DNA of 64,000 bases from an uncultured Acidobacteriota bacterium. Its GTDB lineage: Bacteria > Acidobacteriota > Thermoanaerobaculia > Multivoradales > UBA5704. The notes under the pieces were generated by a model. That model was not told where the DNA came from. It saw only the letters and a program-made list of their open reading frames with translations, and ran no database searches. A program made the translations under genes and the position numbers. Location of the stretch: the NCBI GenBank assembly GCA_963700145.1, contig OY969474.1:640001-704000 (forward strand). Reading direction: 5' to 3'. Below are positions 54,065 through 63,402 of this stretch, in pieces. The stretch's first letter is position 1, and every line of letters starts with the position of its first letter.

Positions 54065-55084
54065 TCACCCGACGGCGACGAGGTCGGGAGCGCTCGAGAA
54101 CGCCGGCTCGGTCCCCGCCACGACCGCCTCGGCCAGGGCCGCGCCCAGCGCGGCTTCGGGCGGTACGGCCAGCACGCTGCAGCGGACCTCGCGCACGACC
54201 TGCGCCGCGACGCTGCCGAGCAGCACCCGGTCGAGTGGCGGGCGGGAGTGCGTGCCCATGAGGAGCAGGTCGGCGCCGGATTCCTCGGCCGCGGCGAGGA
54301 TCTGGGTGGTCGGATCGCCGTAGCGCAGCGCCGGCTCGACGGCGACGGGCTCGAGGGCGCGGCAGCCGGAGGCGACGGCGGCCAGGGCCGCCCGCGCGGC
54401 GTCCTCCGCCGCGTCGAGCTCGGCCGGCGACATCTGCCACTGGCGCCGCGCCGGGCGCGCGAGGGGGTCGAGGACGTGCAACGCCGTCAGCCGTGCCGGC
54501 GCGCCGCCGCCGGTCTGCCGCAGCAGCCGCAGGCCGCAGCGCAGGGCGTCGACGGAGAGCGGCGCGAAGTCGACGGGCGCCAGCACCCGCCGTGGCGGCA
54601 GCGCCAGCTCGCCACGCACCACGAGCAAGGGCCACGACGCCTTCCGCAGCAGGCGGTCGGCGGTCGAGCCGAGGAGCCGTCCGAAGGTGCCGCAAGAGCG
54701 GGCGGCGCCGACTACGACGAAGCCGGCCTCGCAGGCCTGGGCCGCGTCGAGAAGAACGCGGTAGGCCTTCCCGCGCACCACCGACGTGCCCGCGACCTCG
54801 GCGCCGGCGCCGAGCCGCGCGAGCTGCGCCGCCAGCTGCCGGCGCCGCTCCTCGGTGATCTCGGCGACCAGCTCGCCGGTCAGCCACATCGGATCGATCG
54901 CCATCTCGGAAGGCGCGATCTCGACGGCGTGGACGACGTGCAGGCGGGTGCCGGCCGCGCGGGCCGCCTGCAGGGCAACGCGCACGACGGCGTCGCTGCC
55001 GTCGTCGAGGGCGCTGCCGACCAGGATGGTCTCGAGCCGGTTCGCGGCGCAGCTCGAGGCACGGGGCTTGTCGTTGCGAGACAT
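54065..55084 (-). CDS. Universal stress protein (tandem Usp)
   Basis: LGSTADRLLRK; MGTHSR...GSVAAQVVREVRCSVLAVP. Confidence 0.9.
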   Translation of the reverse strand: MSRNDKPRASSCAANRLETILVGSALDDGSDAVVRVALQAARAAGTRLHVVHAVEIAPSEMAIDPMWLTGELVAEITEERRRQLAAQLARLGAGAEVAGTSVVRGKAYRVLLDAAQACEAGFVVVGAARSCGTFGRLLGSTADRLLRKASWPLLVVRGELALPPRRVLAPVDFAPLSVDALRCGLRLLRQTGGGAPARLTALHVLDPLARPARRQWQMSPAELDAAEDAARAALAAVASGCRALEPVAVEPALRYGDPTTQILAAAEESGADLLLMGTHSRPPLDRVLLGSVAAQVVREVRCSVLAVPPEAALGAALAEAVVAGTEPAFSSAPDLVAVG

Positions 55085-55114
55085 GGCCTTCTCCTTTCCT
55101 ATGAGCGCCGGCCG

Positions 55115-55543
55115 TCAGAGCGGTTCGTACGACGCCCAGTTCGGGTCGACCTGGTCGAGCAGCCGCTTCGCCACGCCGCCCGGGACCCGCTGGCGGAAGA
55201 TGCCGCGCACGCCCAGCCAACCGCTGCCGCACTCGAGCACTTGCCACTGTCCGACTTCCTTGTGCAGCAGGGCCTGGCCTCCCTGCTCCTCGTGCATCCA
55301 GGTGACCAGCGCGTAACCGGAGTCGATGCCGATCTGGGCTACCTGAAGATCAACGGGGACGACGTCCGGCGACCGCTCGACGTGGCGGTGGAGCGCCCCG
55401 CGGATCGCGGCCTCCTCGGCCGCACGGTTCAGCGGCGTCGTGCTCGCCGGCGGTGTCTGCCGCGCGCAGGCGGCGAGCCCGAGCGCGGCGTAGGCCGCGA
55501 GCGCGAGGGCCGCGATGGCGGCGTGAGCAGTCTCTCTTCTCAT
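55115..55543 (-). CDS. Hypothetical lipoprotein
   Basis: MRRETAHAAIAALALAAYAALGLAAC lipobox. Confidence 0.6.
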   Translation of the reverse strand: MRRETAHAAIAALALAAYAALGLAACARQTPPASTTPLNRAAEEAAIRGALHRHVERSPDVVPVDLQVAQIGIDSGYALVTWMHEEQGGQALLHKEVGQWQVLECGSGWLGVRGIFRQRVPGGVAKRLLDQVDPNWASYEPL

Positions 55544-55587
55544 GACATGCCTCCCGGGCCTTGGCGGCCCCTCGTGCTCGCCGGCGC

Positions 55588-56238
55588 CTACGGCGTGACG
55601 GCGATGTGGTTCTCCACGATGACCACTCCCGGCGCCGACCAGGCGACCTGCGTCGCCTCGTCGTGCTCCTGCCAGGAGTGCACGTGGCCGTACAGCGCCA
55701 CCCGGCCGCCGATCGCATCGACCTGGATGCGCTTGGCGTCGAGCTCGGCGTTGCGCTTGAACGCGTCGGCGATGCGGCGCTTGAGCGCCCAGGTCTCGAC
55801 GCGAGGCTTGATGGTGACGAGGTTCGTCACCCCGCGGACGCCGGTCAGGTAGCGCACCACGCGCGTCGCGGCGTCGCGCTGAAAGGCCCAGTCCACCTCC
55901 CCTTCGAGAGTGATCCAGCCGTCCTCGACCTTGATCTTGAGCTTCTCGTGCGGCACCTCGACGTCCCAGCCCAGCGCGACGACCGCCGCCGAGGCGATCT
56001 CGGTGTCGCTGCGCTCGAGGCCGGTCGCGACCTTCACCGCGATGTCCTCGGCCACCGCCTTGACCCCGCGCACCCGCTTGGCGGCCTTCTCCGCCGCCAG
56101 CTTCTCGGCGTAGGTGCCGACCGTGCCGCTGAGGGTCACGATGCCTTCCTTGACGGCGACGCCGATCTCCGCGGCGTGGACGCTCGGTTCCCATTCGAGC
56201 TCGTTGAGGACGTCGCGCTGCAGTTGCCTGTCGTTCAT
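55588..56238 (-). CDS. BON-domain protein (three BON domains)
   Basis: GIVTLSGTV...VRGVKAV; GWITLEGEV...GVRGVTN; AWSAPGV. Confidence 0.9.
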   Translation of the reverse strand: MNDRQLQRDVLNELEWEPSVHAAEIGVAVKEGIVTLSGTVGTYAEKLAAEKAAKRVRGVKAVAEDIAVKVATGLERSDTEIASAAVVALGWDVEVPHEKLKIKVEDGWITLEGEVDWAFQRDAATRVVRYLTGVRGVTNLVTIKPRVETWALKRRIADAFKRNAELDAKRIQVDAIGGRVALYGHVHSWQEHDEATQVAWSAPGVVIVENHIAVTP

Positions 56239-56286
56239 GGCCCGTCTCCTTTGCCGCCATCGTGCGCCCGCCGCGCGCCGCGCGCG

Positions 56287-56375
56287 ACACCCGGCGAGGT
56301 GGGCGAGGGACCGCCCGGCGGGGTGGGCGCTCCTCCCGCCCGGCGGCGTGTGCGGAACCACCCCCCGGAGCGTGG
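56287..56375. promoter_or_regulatory. Four tandem putative response-regulator sites between the divergent BON and Hsp20 genes
   Basis: ACACCCGGCGAGGTGG (56287), CCGCCCGGCGGGGTGG (56311), CCGCCCGGCGGCGTGT (56336), degenerate copy at 56360; 24-25 bp spacing. Confidence 0.6.
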
Positions 56376-56440
56376 CGCGTCCGCAGGCCGCCGCTACTCT
56401 CGGCGGTGGCAGTCAACTCACACTCAATGGAGGAAGCGCA

Positions 56441-56929
56441 ATGTTCGAGAAGACGAGCCTGGTGCCCTTCAAGGGGGAGGAGCTCCGCCCCTTCTTCACC
56501 CGTCCCTTCGGTCTGCTCGATGAGCTGACCAACGAGTTCGAGACCTTCTGGCGGCGGCCGTTCTTCGCCAGCCGGATGCGGCGCTTCGAGGGCGGCCCGA
56601 CCTGGATGCCGACCTTCGACGTCTACCAGCTCGACAACTGGCTGGTCGTCAAGGCCGACCTGCCCGGCCTGAAGAAGCAGGACGTCCACATCACGTTCGA
56701 GGACGGCGCCCTGGTCTTCAGCGGCGAGCGCAAGGAGGAGAAGGAGATCGACAAGGAGAGCTACTACCGCGCCGAGTGCAGCTACGGCGCCTTCTACCGC
56801 CGCCTGCCCCTGACCTTCATGGTGGACGCGGCCAAGATCGAGGCCAAGTTCACCGACGGCGTGCTCGAGGTGCGCGTCCCGATGCCGGTCGAGGAGCGGC
56901 CCAAGGCGCTGCCGATCCCGGTCAACTGA
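56441..56929 (+). CDS. Hsp20/alpha-crystallin small heat-shock protein
   Basis: ADLPG, SGERK, YGAFYRRLPL, AKFTDGVLEV. Confidence 0.92.
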   Translation: MFEKTSLVPFKGEELRPFFTRPFGLLDELTNEFETFWRRPFFASRMRRFEGGPTWMPTFDVYQLDNWLVVKADLPGLKKQDVHITFEDGALVFSGERKEEKEIDKESYYRAECSYGAFYRRLPLTFMVDAAKIEAKFTDGVLEVRVPMPVEERPKALPIPVN

Positions 56930-56957
56930 AGCGGTCCACTCTCGAGGAGCTCGCGCC

Positions 56958-58361
56958 ATGATGCGCCGCATCACGAACGCCTGGGCGCATCATGGTCGTC
57001 GAGCCCCTCTCCTCCTAGGCCTCCTGGCGGCGGCCGCGGCACTCGTCGCGGCCGCCGCGCCTCCGGCCGGCGAACCGCCGCCGCCCCCGACGCTGGCGGA
57101 GGCGATCCGCACTCGCATCGAGGTCTCGGTCCCAGCACCAGCATTGCGCGCCGGCGAGACCCGCCACCCGAGCCCCTGGCTCGGCTGCTTCTACGAGCGC
57201 CGCGGCTTCCAGCCGGCCTGGGTCGGCGAGGAGGGCCCCTTGCCGCCGGCGGCCGAGCTCGCCGCCGCGGTCGCGGCCGCCGGCGACGACGGGCTGCGGC
57301 CCGCCGACTACCACCTCGCGGAGATCGAAGAACGGATGGCGGAGGCGGCACGTCAGCCGACGCCGGAGGCGCTGGCGCAGCTCGACCTCCTGCTCTCCGA
57401 CGCCTTCCTCAGCTCCGCGTCGCATCTCCGCGCCGGCCGCGCCGACCCCGCGGCGCTCTACCGCGACTGTCGCAGCCACCCGGGGCAGGAGGACCTGGCG
57501 GTGGTGCTCGAGACGGCGCTCGCCGCCGGGATGGTGCGCGACGGGCTGGCGCTCCTGGCGCCGCCTCATGCCGGCTACGCGCGGCTGCGCGCCGCCCTGC
57601 CGGCGCTGCGCGAGGCCGCCGCGGCCGAGGGCGCCGCCGCCGCGGCCGAGCGGCGCCTGCGGCTGGCCGAGATCAATCTCGAGCGCTGGCGCTGGCTGCC
57701 GCGCGACCTCGGCCGCCGGCACGTGCTCGTCGACGTCGCGGCGTTCGCGGTCCGGGCGGTGGGGGCGGGGGGCACGGAGCTGACGACCCGGGCGATCGTC
57801 GGCCGCAGCTACACGAAGACCCCGTCGTTCAGCAGCGCGATCGAACGCGTCGTGCTGAATCCCTCGTGGCACGTGCCGGCGGGCATCGCCGCCAAGGAGA
57901 TCCTCCCGCGCGCCCGCCGCGAGCCCGGGTACCTGCGGCGCGAGGGGTTCCGCGTCCTGCCCGGGGGCAAGGTCGTGCAGGGCCCCGGGCCGCGCAACGC
58001 CCTCGGCCGGATCAAGTTCGTCTTCCCCAACCCCTTCACCGTCTATCTGCACGACACCCCGGCGCGCTCGCTCTTCGAGCGCGAGACGCGGACCTTCAGC
58101 CACGGCTGCATCCGCATCGCGGATCCCCTCGAGCTCGCGGTCTGGGCGCTGCGCGACGACCCTCGCTGGAGCCGGACGGCGATCGAGGCGGCGATCACCA
58201 CCGGACGCGAGCGGGAGGTGCGGCTGGCGGAGCCGATCCCGATCCACCTCGTCTACTGGACCGCCTGGGTGGACGAGGAGGGGACGCTCGTTTTCCGCGA
58301 CGACGGGTACGGTCGCGACGAGCCGCTGCTCCGGCTCTTTGCGGAGGAGCCCCGGCGCTAG
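56958..58361 (+). CDS. L,D-transpeptidase, YcbB/LdtD family
   Basis: NLERWRWLP, NPSWHVP, NALGRIKF.FPN, YLHDTP, FSHGCIR. Confidence 0.9.
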   Translation: MMRRITNAWAHHGRRAPLLLGLLAAAAALVAAAAPPAGEPPPPPTLAEAIRTRIEVSVPAPALRAGETRHPSPWLGCFYERRGFQPAWVGEEGPLPPAAELAAAVAAAGDDGLRPADYHLAEIEERMAEAARQPTPEALAQLDLLLSDAFLSSASHLRAGRADPAALYRDCRSHPGQEDLAVVLETALAAGMVRDGLALLAPPHAGYARLRAALPALREAAAAEGAAAAAERRLRLAEINLERWRWLPRDLGRRHVLVDVAAFAVRAVGAGGTELTTRAIVGRSYTKTPSFSSAIERVVLNPSWHVPAGIAAKEILPRARREPGYLRREGFRVLPGGKVVQGPGPRNALGRIKFVFPNPFTVYLHDTPARSLFERETRTFSHGCIRIADPLELAVWALRDDPRWSRTAIEAAITTGREREVRLAEPIPIHLVYWTAWVDEEGTLVFRDDGYGRDEPLLRLFAEEPRR

Positions 58362-59539
58362 CCCGGTCGGACGCGCGCGCCGTCGCGGACGGCGTCGCTT
58401 GGATGGACGATCACGATCTCGCCCGGGCGCAGACCCGCAGCCACCTCGGCCTCGTCGGGATTGCGGTGACCCAACCGCACCGGCCGGCGGCGCGCGCGGC
58501 CGTCTGCGACGACGAAGACCGCCCAGCCGTCCCCCTCGCGGAAGAGAGCGCCGGCCGGGACCTTGAGCACGTCGTCATCCTCCCAGAGGACGATCTGCGC
58601 CTCGACGCGGAAGCGGTCGCCGAGCGCGCCGGGCGGGTCGAGCAGCGTGCCGATCACGTTGACCCGCTGCTCCTCGACGCCGAGGGGCGACACCTTGGTG
58701 AAGCCGGAAGGCTCGATGGTGCGCACGCGGGCCCGCCAGCGGCCGGCCCCCTCGCCGCCGGCGGCGAGCAGCATCGGCGCCCCCGGCCGGATTGCCACCG
58801 CGTCGCTCGACAGCACGTCCACCACCACCTCGAGGCCGGCGGGATCGCCCAGCTCGAGGAGCGGCGTGCCGGCGGCCACCACCTTGTCGCACTCCTCGCA
58901 AAGGCGGAGCACGCGGCCGGCGACCGGCGCCAGGATCGGCACCGTCCCGGACCCCTCGACGCCCTCCGCGTCGAGCAGGGCGGCGCGGGCATTGGTCGCC
59001 TCGAAGGCCGCCGCGCGAGCGTGGTGGCGCGCCGCCTCGAGGTCGCTCTCCGTCGTCCCCACCGCCGTCCGCGCCGCTTCCACCGCGTCGGCGGCGACCA
59101 CTTGTTCGGCGGCCAGCCGCTCGTGCCGCGCCAGGGTACGCCGCGCCTGATCGAGGGCGGCGCGCTGCCGGCGCACGACCGCCTCGGCCTCGCGCCGCTC
59201 GGCCTCGGCGGCGGCGAGACGGGCCTCCGCCTGCAGGCGGCTCCGCTGGTCAAGCGGCAGCGCCTCGAGCCGGGCCACCACCTCGCCCCGCTCGACGGCG
59301 TCGCCGGCGTGCAGGGTGATGCGCTCGAGGCGCCCGGCGACCGGAGCGCCGACCACGTAGCGGTCGTGGATGCGGGTCTCCCCGTCCTCGTCGATCGTGA
59401 CGCGCAAGGGACCGCGGACCGCGCGCGCCGTGTCCACTTCGATGGGGCGCGGGCGGAACGCCGCGCCGGCGTAGGCGGCGGTGGCGGCGAGGGCGAGGAG
59501 CCAGACGAGTCGCTTGGGCGAGAGGCGCATGAGGTTCAC
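58358..59539 (-). CDS. HlyD/RND periplasmic adaptor of ABC exporter
   Basis: TIDEDGETR, FTKVSPLGVEEQRV. Confidence 0.88.
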   Translation of the reverse strand: MNLMRLSPKRLVWLLALAATAAYAGAAFRPRPIEVDTARAVRGPLRVTIDEDGETRIHDRYVVGAPVAGRLERITLHAGDAVERGEVVARLEALPLDQRSRLQAEARLAAAEAERREAEAVVRRQRAALDQARRTLARHERLAAEQVVAADAVEAARTAVGTTESDLEAARHHARAAAFEATNARAALLDAEGVEGSGTVPILAPVAGRVLRLCEECDKVVAAGTPLLELGDPAGLEVVVDVLSSDAVAIRPGAPMLLAAGGEGAGRWRARVRTIEPSGFTKVSPLGVEEQRVNVIGTLLDPPGALGDRFRVEAQIVLWEDDDVLKVPAGALFREGDGWAVFVVADGRARRRPVRLGHRNPDEAEVAAGLRPGEIVIVHPSDAVRDGARVRPG

Positions 59540-61896
59540 TCCCGGGTCTTGAGCACTGCCACGAGGTCGAGGCGATCGAGACGGCGGCGCACCGCGAGCC
59601 CCGAGAGCAGGGCCGACGCCGCCACCGTGAGGAAGGAGAGGAAATAGGTGCGGGCGCTCACCACGAGCGGCAGCCGGAAGAGGTCGCTCTCGAAGCGGAG
59701 CGCCAGGAGGGCGCAGATGCCGAAACCCAGAGCCGCGCCCAGCGGCAGGGCCAGCACGGTCAGCAGCCCCTGCTCGCCGAGGAGCATTGCGGCCACCTCG
59801 CGCCGCGAGAAGCCGAGGACGCGCAGGCTCGCCAGCTCCCGCCCGCGTTCCGAGAGAGAAATCCGCGCGCCGTTGTAGACGACGCCGAAGGCGATGACGC
59901 AGGCGAAGGCGATGACGGTGCCGAGCGAGATCCAGAAGCTCCCCTCGATCGTCGTCTCGAAACCGCGCAACGCCGTCTCGCGCACGCCGACGCCGGTCAC
60001 CGCCGGCAGCCGCTTCAGGCGCGCGTAGAGGCGCTCGCGCGCCGGCGGATCGACCGCCAGGTACGCCCCCGACATCGTCTCCCCCTCGCGCAGCAGCCGG
60101 TTGAGAGCGCCGAGCTCGAGGTAGGCGGACATCCCGATCATCTCGTCCACGACCCCCGCCACCCGCGCTTCGCGCACCGGCCGCGCCCCTTCGAGCACCT
60201 CGACCGAGAGCCGGTCCCCCGGGCGCACGGCGAGCCGCTCGGCGAGGCGGGTCGTGAGCAGCACCCCCGCGGCCGGCAGCGGGTGCCGGCGTCCGTCACG
60301 GTCGACGATCCGCCGCAGCGTGCCGCCGGCCGGGAGCCCCTGGAGGGCGGTGCGGTACGAGCGGTGGCCATGGCGCAGGCGCGCCGGCACCGAGCGGAAG
60401 GGCTCGACCCGCCGCACGCCGGGCAGCGCGGCGAGGGCCTGCCGCGCCGCGCCGGAGGACGGCTCGCGCAGCACCACCGTCAGGTCCTCGCGCTGCACGG
60501 CGCGGAACTGCAGGTCCTTCATCCGCTCGAGGGCGTCGAAGGCGTACCAGCCGAGCACCACCATGGCCGCCGCCAGCGCGACGCCGACGACCGCGAGCGC
60601 CGCCTTCCAGGGCCGCCGCTCCAGGTTCCGCACCAGGATGCGGGTCTCCGGCGAGAGGAAGCGGCCGGGGGCGAGCCGCTCGAGGCCCCCCAGACGGTAG
60701 CGCGCCGGCGCCTCCGGGCGCATCGCCTCGGCCGGAGGCAGGGCGGCGGCCCGCCGCGCCGCCCCCCAGGCGCCGAGGAGCGCGGCGCCGCCGCTGATGC
60801 CGACCGCCAGCGCCACGATCTGCGGCTCGGGGACGAAGCGGAGCACCGGGAACTGGTAGAAGCGGGCGTAGAGCTGCGCCAGCTCGACCGCCAGCCAGAG
60901 GCCGAGGGCCGAGCCCGCCGCCGAGCCGAGCAGCACCGGCGCCGCCGCCAGCTCGAGGTAGTGCAGCGCCACCGCGCCGCCGCGGTAGCCGAAGGCCTTG
61001 AGCACGGCGATCTGATCGCGCTGGGTCGCGACCAGGCGCGACATGACCGTGTGCAGCAGGAAGGCGGTGACGGCGAGGAAGATCGCCGGGATGACGACGC
61101 TGGTGACGCGGGTCTCGGCGATCTCGTCGCTGACGAAGCGGTGGGAGACGTGGTCCTGGCGGCCGTAGGCGCCGAGGCCGCCGTAGCCGGCGAGGAGCCG
61201 GTCGAGGCGGGCGATCGTCGCCGGCTCGGAGGCACCGGGGGCGAGGGCGAGCGCGACGTCGTTGAATGCCCCCTCGAGATCGAAGGCGGCGGCGAGGTCT
61301 TCGCCGGCGGTCCAGAGGACGCCGAAGCGGCGGTTGTCGGGGAAGACGTCGCCGGAGCCGCGGATCTCGTAGACGTACTCGGGCGAGAGCGCCAGGCCGA
61401 CGATGCGCAGCCGCCGCCAGCGGCCGTGGATCACGGCGCCGACGCTGTCGCCGATCGCCAGCCGGTTGGCGCGCGCGAACGCCTCGCTCGCCAGCACCTC
61501 GTCGGGGCCGGCGAGCCAGCGGCCGCGGCGGAGGTGGAGGTCGTTGAGGCGCGGCCGGCGGTGGCGCGGCACCGACACCAGCCGTCCGGTCGCGGGCTCG
61601 GCGAGGCCTGGGACGTCGAGCAGCACGTCGGCGACGACGCGCGGCTCGACCGCCGCCACCCCGGGGAGCGCGGCGATCTCGGCGGCGACGGCGAGCGGCG
61701 CGCGCTCGAGCTGCGCGAAGAGGTCGGCGAAGCGGTAGCGCTCGTAGTACTCCGCCTGGGTGCCGAGCAGGTAGCGGTGCATGCTGCGCAGGGCCACGAA
61801 CATCGAGATGCCGCAGGTCACCACCAGGGCGATGGCCACGACTTGGCCGCGCAGGTGGCGCAGGTCGCGCAGGAGCTTGCGGTGGAGCGGGCTCAC
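59536..61896 (-). CDS. ABC exporter permease with duplicated MacB/FtsX domains
   Basis: [41 protein letters not shown]. Confidence 0.9.
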   Translation of the reverse strand: MSPLHRKLLRDLRHLRGQVVAIALVVTCGISMFVALRSMHRYLLGTQAEYYERYRFADLFAQLERAPLAVAAEIAALPGVAAVEPRVVADVLLDVPGLAEPATGRLVSVPRHRRPRLNDLHLRRGRWLAGPDEVLASEAFARANRLAIGDSVGAVIHGRWRRLRIVGLALSPEYVYEIRGSGDVFPDNRRFGVLWTAGEDLAAAFDLEGAFNDVALALAPGASEPATIARLDRLLAGYGGLGAYGRQDHVSHRFVSDEIAETRVTSVVIPAIFLAVTAFLLHTVMSRLVATQRDQIAVLKAFGYRGGAVALHYLELAAAPVLLGSAAGSALGLWLAVELAQLYARFYQFPVLRFVPEPQIVALAVGISGGAALLGAWGAARRAAALPPAEAMRPEAPARYRLGGLERLAPGRFLSPETRILVRNLERRPWKAALAVVGVALAAAMVVLGWYAFDALERMKDLQFRAVQREDLTVVLREPSSGAARQALAALPGVRRVEPFRSVPARLRHGHRSYRTALQGLPAGGTLRRIVDRDGRRHPLPAAGVLLTTRLAERLAVRPGDRLSVEVLEGARPVREARVAGVVDEMIGMSAYLELGALNRLLREGETMSGAYLAVDPPARERLYARLKRLPAVTGVGVRETALRGFETTIEGSFWISLGTVIAFACVIAFGVVYNGARISLSERGRELASLRVLGFSRREVAAMLLGEQGLLTVLALPLGAALGFGICALLALRFESDLFRLPLVVSARTYFLSFLTVAASALLSGLAVRRRLDRLDLVAVLKTRE

Positions 61897-61903
61897 GGCG
61901 CGG

Positions 61904-62665
61904 TCACCACTCGAGGTCGGCCGGGGTCGCGCGCACGGCGTTGCGCCGCTCCTCGACGATGCGGCCGCTGCGCAGCCGCACGACGCGGTCGGCCATCGCC
62001 GCGATGGCGGCGTTGTGGGTGATGACGGCGGTGGTCGTGCCGACCTCGCGGTTGACCCGCTCGAGCACCTCGAGGACGAGCTTCCCGGTCTCGTAGTCGA
62101 GCGCGCCGGTCGGCTCGTCGCAGAGCAGGACGTCCGGCCGCTTCGCCACCGCCCGCGCGATGGCGACGCGTTGCTGCTCGCCGCCCGAGAGCTGCGAAGG
62201 GAAGTGGTCGAGCCTCGTCCCCAGCCCGACCAAACGGAGGGCCCCGGCGGGATCCATCGGGTCGGCGGCGATCGCGGTGACCAGCTCCACGTTCTCGCGC
62301 GCGGTCAAGCTCGGAATCAGGTTGTAGAACTGGAAGACGAAGCCGACGTGCTCGCGGCGGTAGCGGGTCAGCTCGTCTTCGGTGGCGCCGGTCAGCTCGT
62401 GGTCGAGGAAGTGAACGCTGCCGGCGGTAGGAGCGTCGAGCCCGCCCAGGATGTTGAGCAGGGTGGACTTGCCGCTGCCGGAGGGGCCGAGAAAGACGAC
62501 GAGCTCGCCGGCGTAGAGATCGAGGTCCACGCCGGAGAGGGCGGACACCTCGACCTCCCCCATGCGGTAGACCTTGCTCAGGCCGCGGGCGCGGAAGACC
62601 GCCGGCGCCGCGGGCGTTGCCGCGGCCGCGGCGGGCTCGAGCGCGCGGTCGATCGCCGCGGCCAC
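61904..62665 (-). CDS. ABC transporter ATP-binding protein (LolD/MacB-type)
   Basis: [34 protein letters not shown]. Confidence 0.95.
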   Translation of the reverse strand: MAAAIDRALEPAAAAATPAAPAVFRARGLSKVYRMGEVEVSALSGVDLDLYAGELVVFLGPSGSGKSTLLNILGGLDAPTAGSVHFLDHELTGATEDELTRYRREHVGFVFQFYNLIPSLTARENVELVTAIAADPMDPAGALRLVGLGTRLDHFPSQLSGGEQQRVAIARAVAKRPDVLLCDEPTGALDYETGKLVLEVLERVNREVGTTTAVITHNAAIAAMADRVVRLRSGRIVEERRNAVRATPADLEW

Positions 62666-62678
62666 TTGCAGGCTCCTT

Positions 62679-63026
62679 TCAGGCCGCCGGCAAGACAGTC
62701 GCCGCGGGCGGCGGGACGACGAGCGCCCGCAGGTCGCGCAGGAACTCGTCGATCAGCCCGCGCAGCCCTTCGCGGTCGTCCTCGACCACTCGCATCGTCA
62801 TGCGCAGGCTGATGCCGCGGCACCCTCCGAACTGCTGGTAGAAGGCGCAGTAGCGGCAGCAGTTGAGCCCCTCGCCGCACGCCCGCATCTCGGCGCGCGC
62901 CGCGTCGCACAGCGAGAAGGCGGCGTTGATCTCGGTGAGCAGCTCGGTTTCGTCGATCGTCGCGGAGCGCTCCCGCAGGTCCTCCCAGAGCGCCACCGCC
63001 TCGTCTTTGGCCTCTTGCCAGTCCAT
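62679..63026 (-). CDS. Hypothetical Cys-rich protein
   Basis: GAGGAG RBS; LCD...[11 protein letters not shown]...GGC. Confidence 0.6.
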   Translation of the reverse strand: MDWQEAKDEAVALWEDLRERSATIDETELLTEINAAFSLCDAARAEMRACGEGLNCCRYCAFYQQFGGCRGISLRMTMRVVEDDREGLRGLIDEFLRDLRALVVPPPAATVLPAA

Positions 63027-63075
63027 GGCTCGTCCTCCTCGCGAGCCACCCTACGGCTGGCCAAGGCGCACTTCC

Positions 63076-63114
63076 ACACCCGGTGGGGTGGCGAGGCCAC
63101 ACACCGCGGGGTAG
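63076..63114. promoter_or_regulatory. Putative response-regulator sites upstream of the ABC exporter operon
   Basis: ACACCCGGTGGGGTGG (63076), ACACACCGCGGGGTAG (63099). Confidence 0.55.
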
Positions 63115-63122
63115 GGCGGCGC

Positions 63123-63326
63123 TTACTCGTCGACGACGAACGTGATCTTGAGGTGGACGCGGAACGAGGTGATCTCGTTGGCGGACACTTCCACGAGATG
63201 GTCCTGCACCCAGGCGCGCTTAATGTTCTTGATCGTCTTGCCCGCCCGGCGGAGCCCGTCCCGGATCGCGTCCTCGAAGCTGACCGTCGAATCGCTGCTG
63301 ATCTCGATGATTTTTGCCACGGACAT
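63123..63326 (-). CDS. Dodecin-family protein (copy 2)
   Basis: MSVAKIIEISSDSTVSFEDAIRDG... Confidence 0.9.
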   Translation of the reverse strand: MSVAKIIEISSDSTVSFEDAIRDGLRRAGKTIKNIKRAWVQDHLVEVSANEITSFRVHLKITFVVDE

Positions 63327-63339
63327 TGGAGTCTCCTTT

Positions 63340-63374
63340 CGCAGCCCCCTTCTGTCACGTTGAAGGGGGCTGCG
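63340..63374. other. Perfect 13-bp hairpin between the ADH and dodecin genes (RNA-stabilising or attenuating element)
   Basis: CGCAGCCCCCTTC-N9-GAAGGGGGCTGCG; followed on the minus strand by the RBS rather than a U-tract. Confidence 0.6.
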
Positions 63375-63402
63375 CAACCTCCGCCGCCGTGCCGCGGCCG
63401 CG

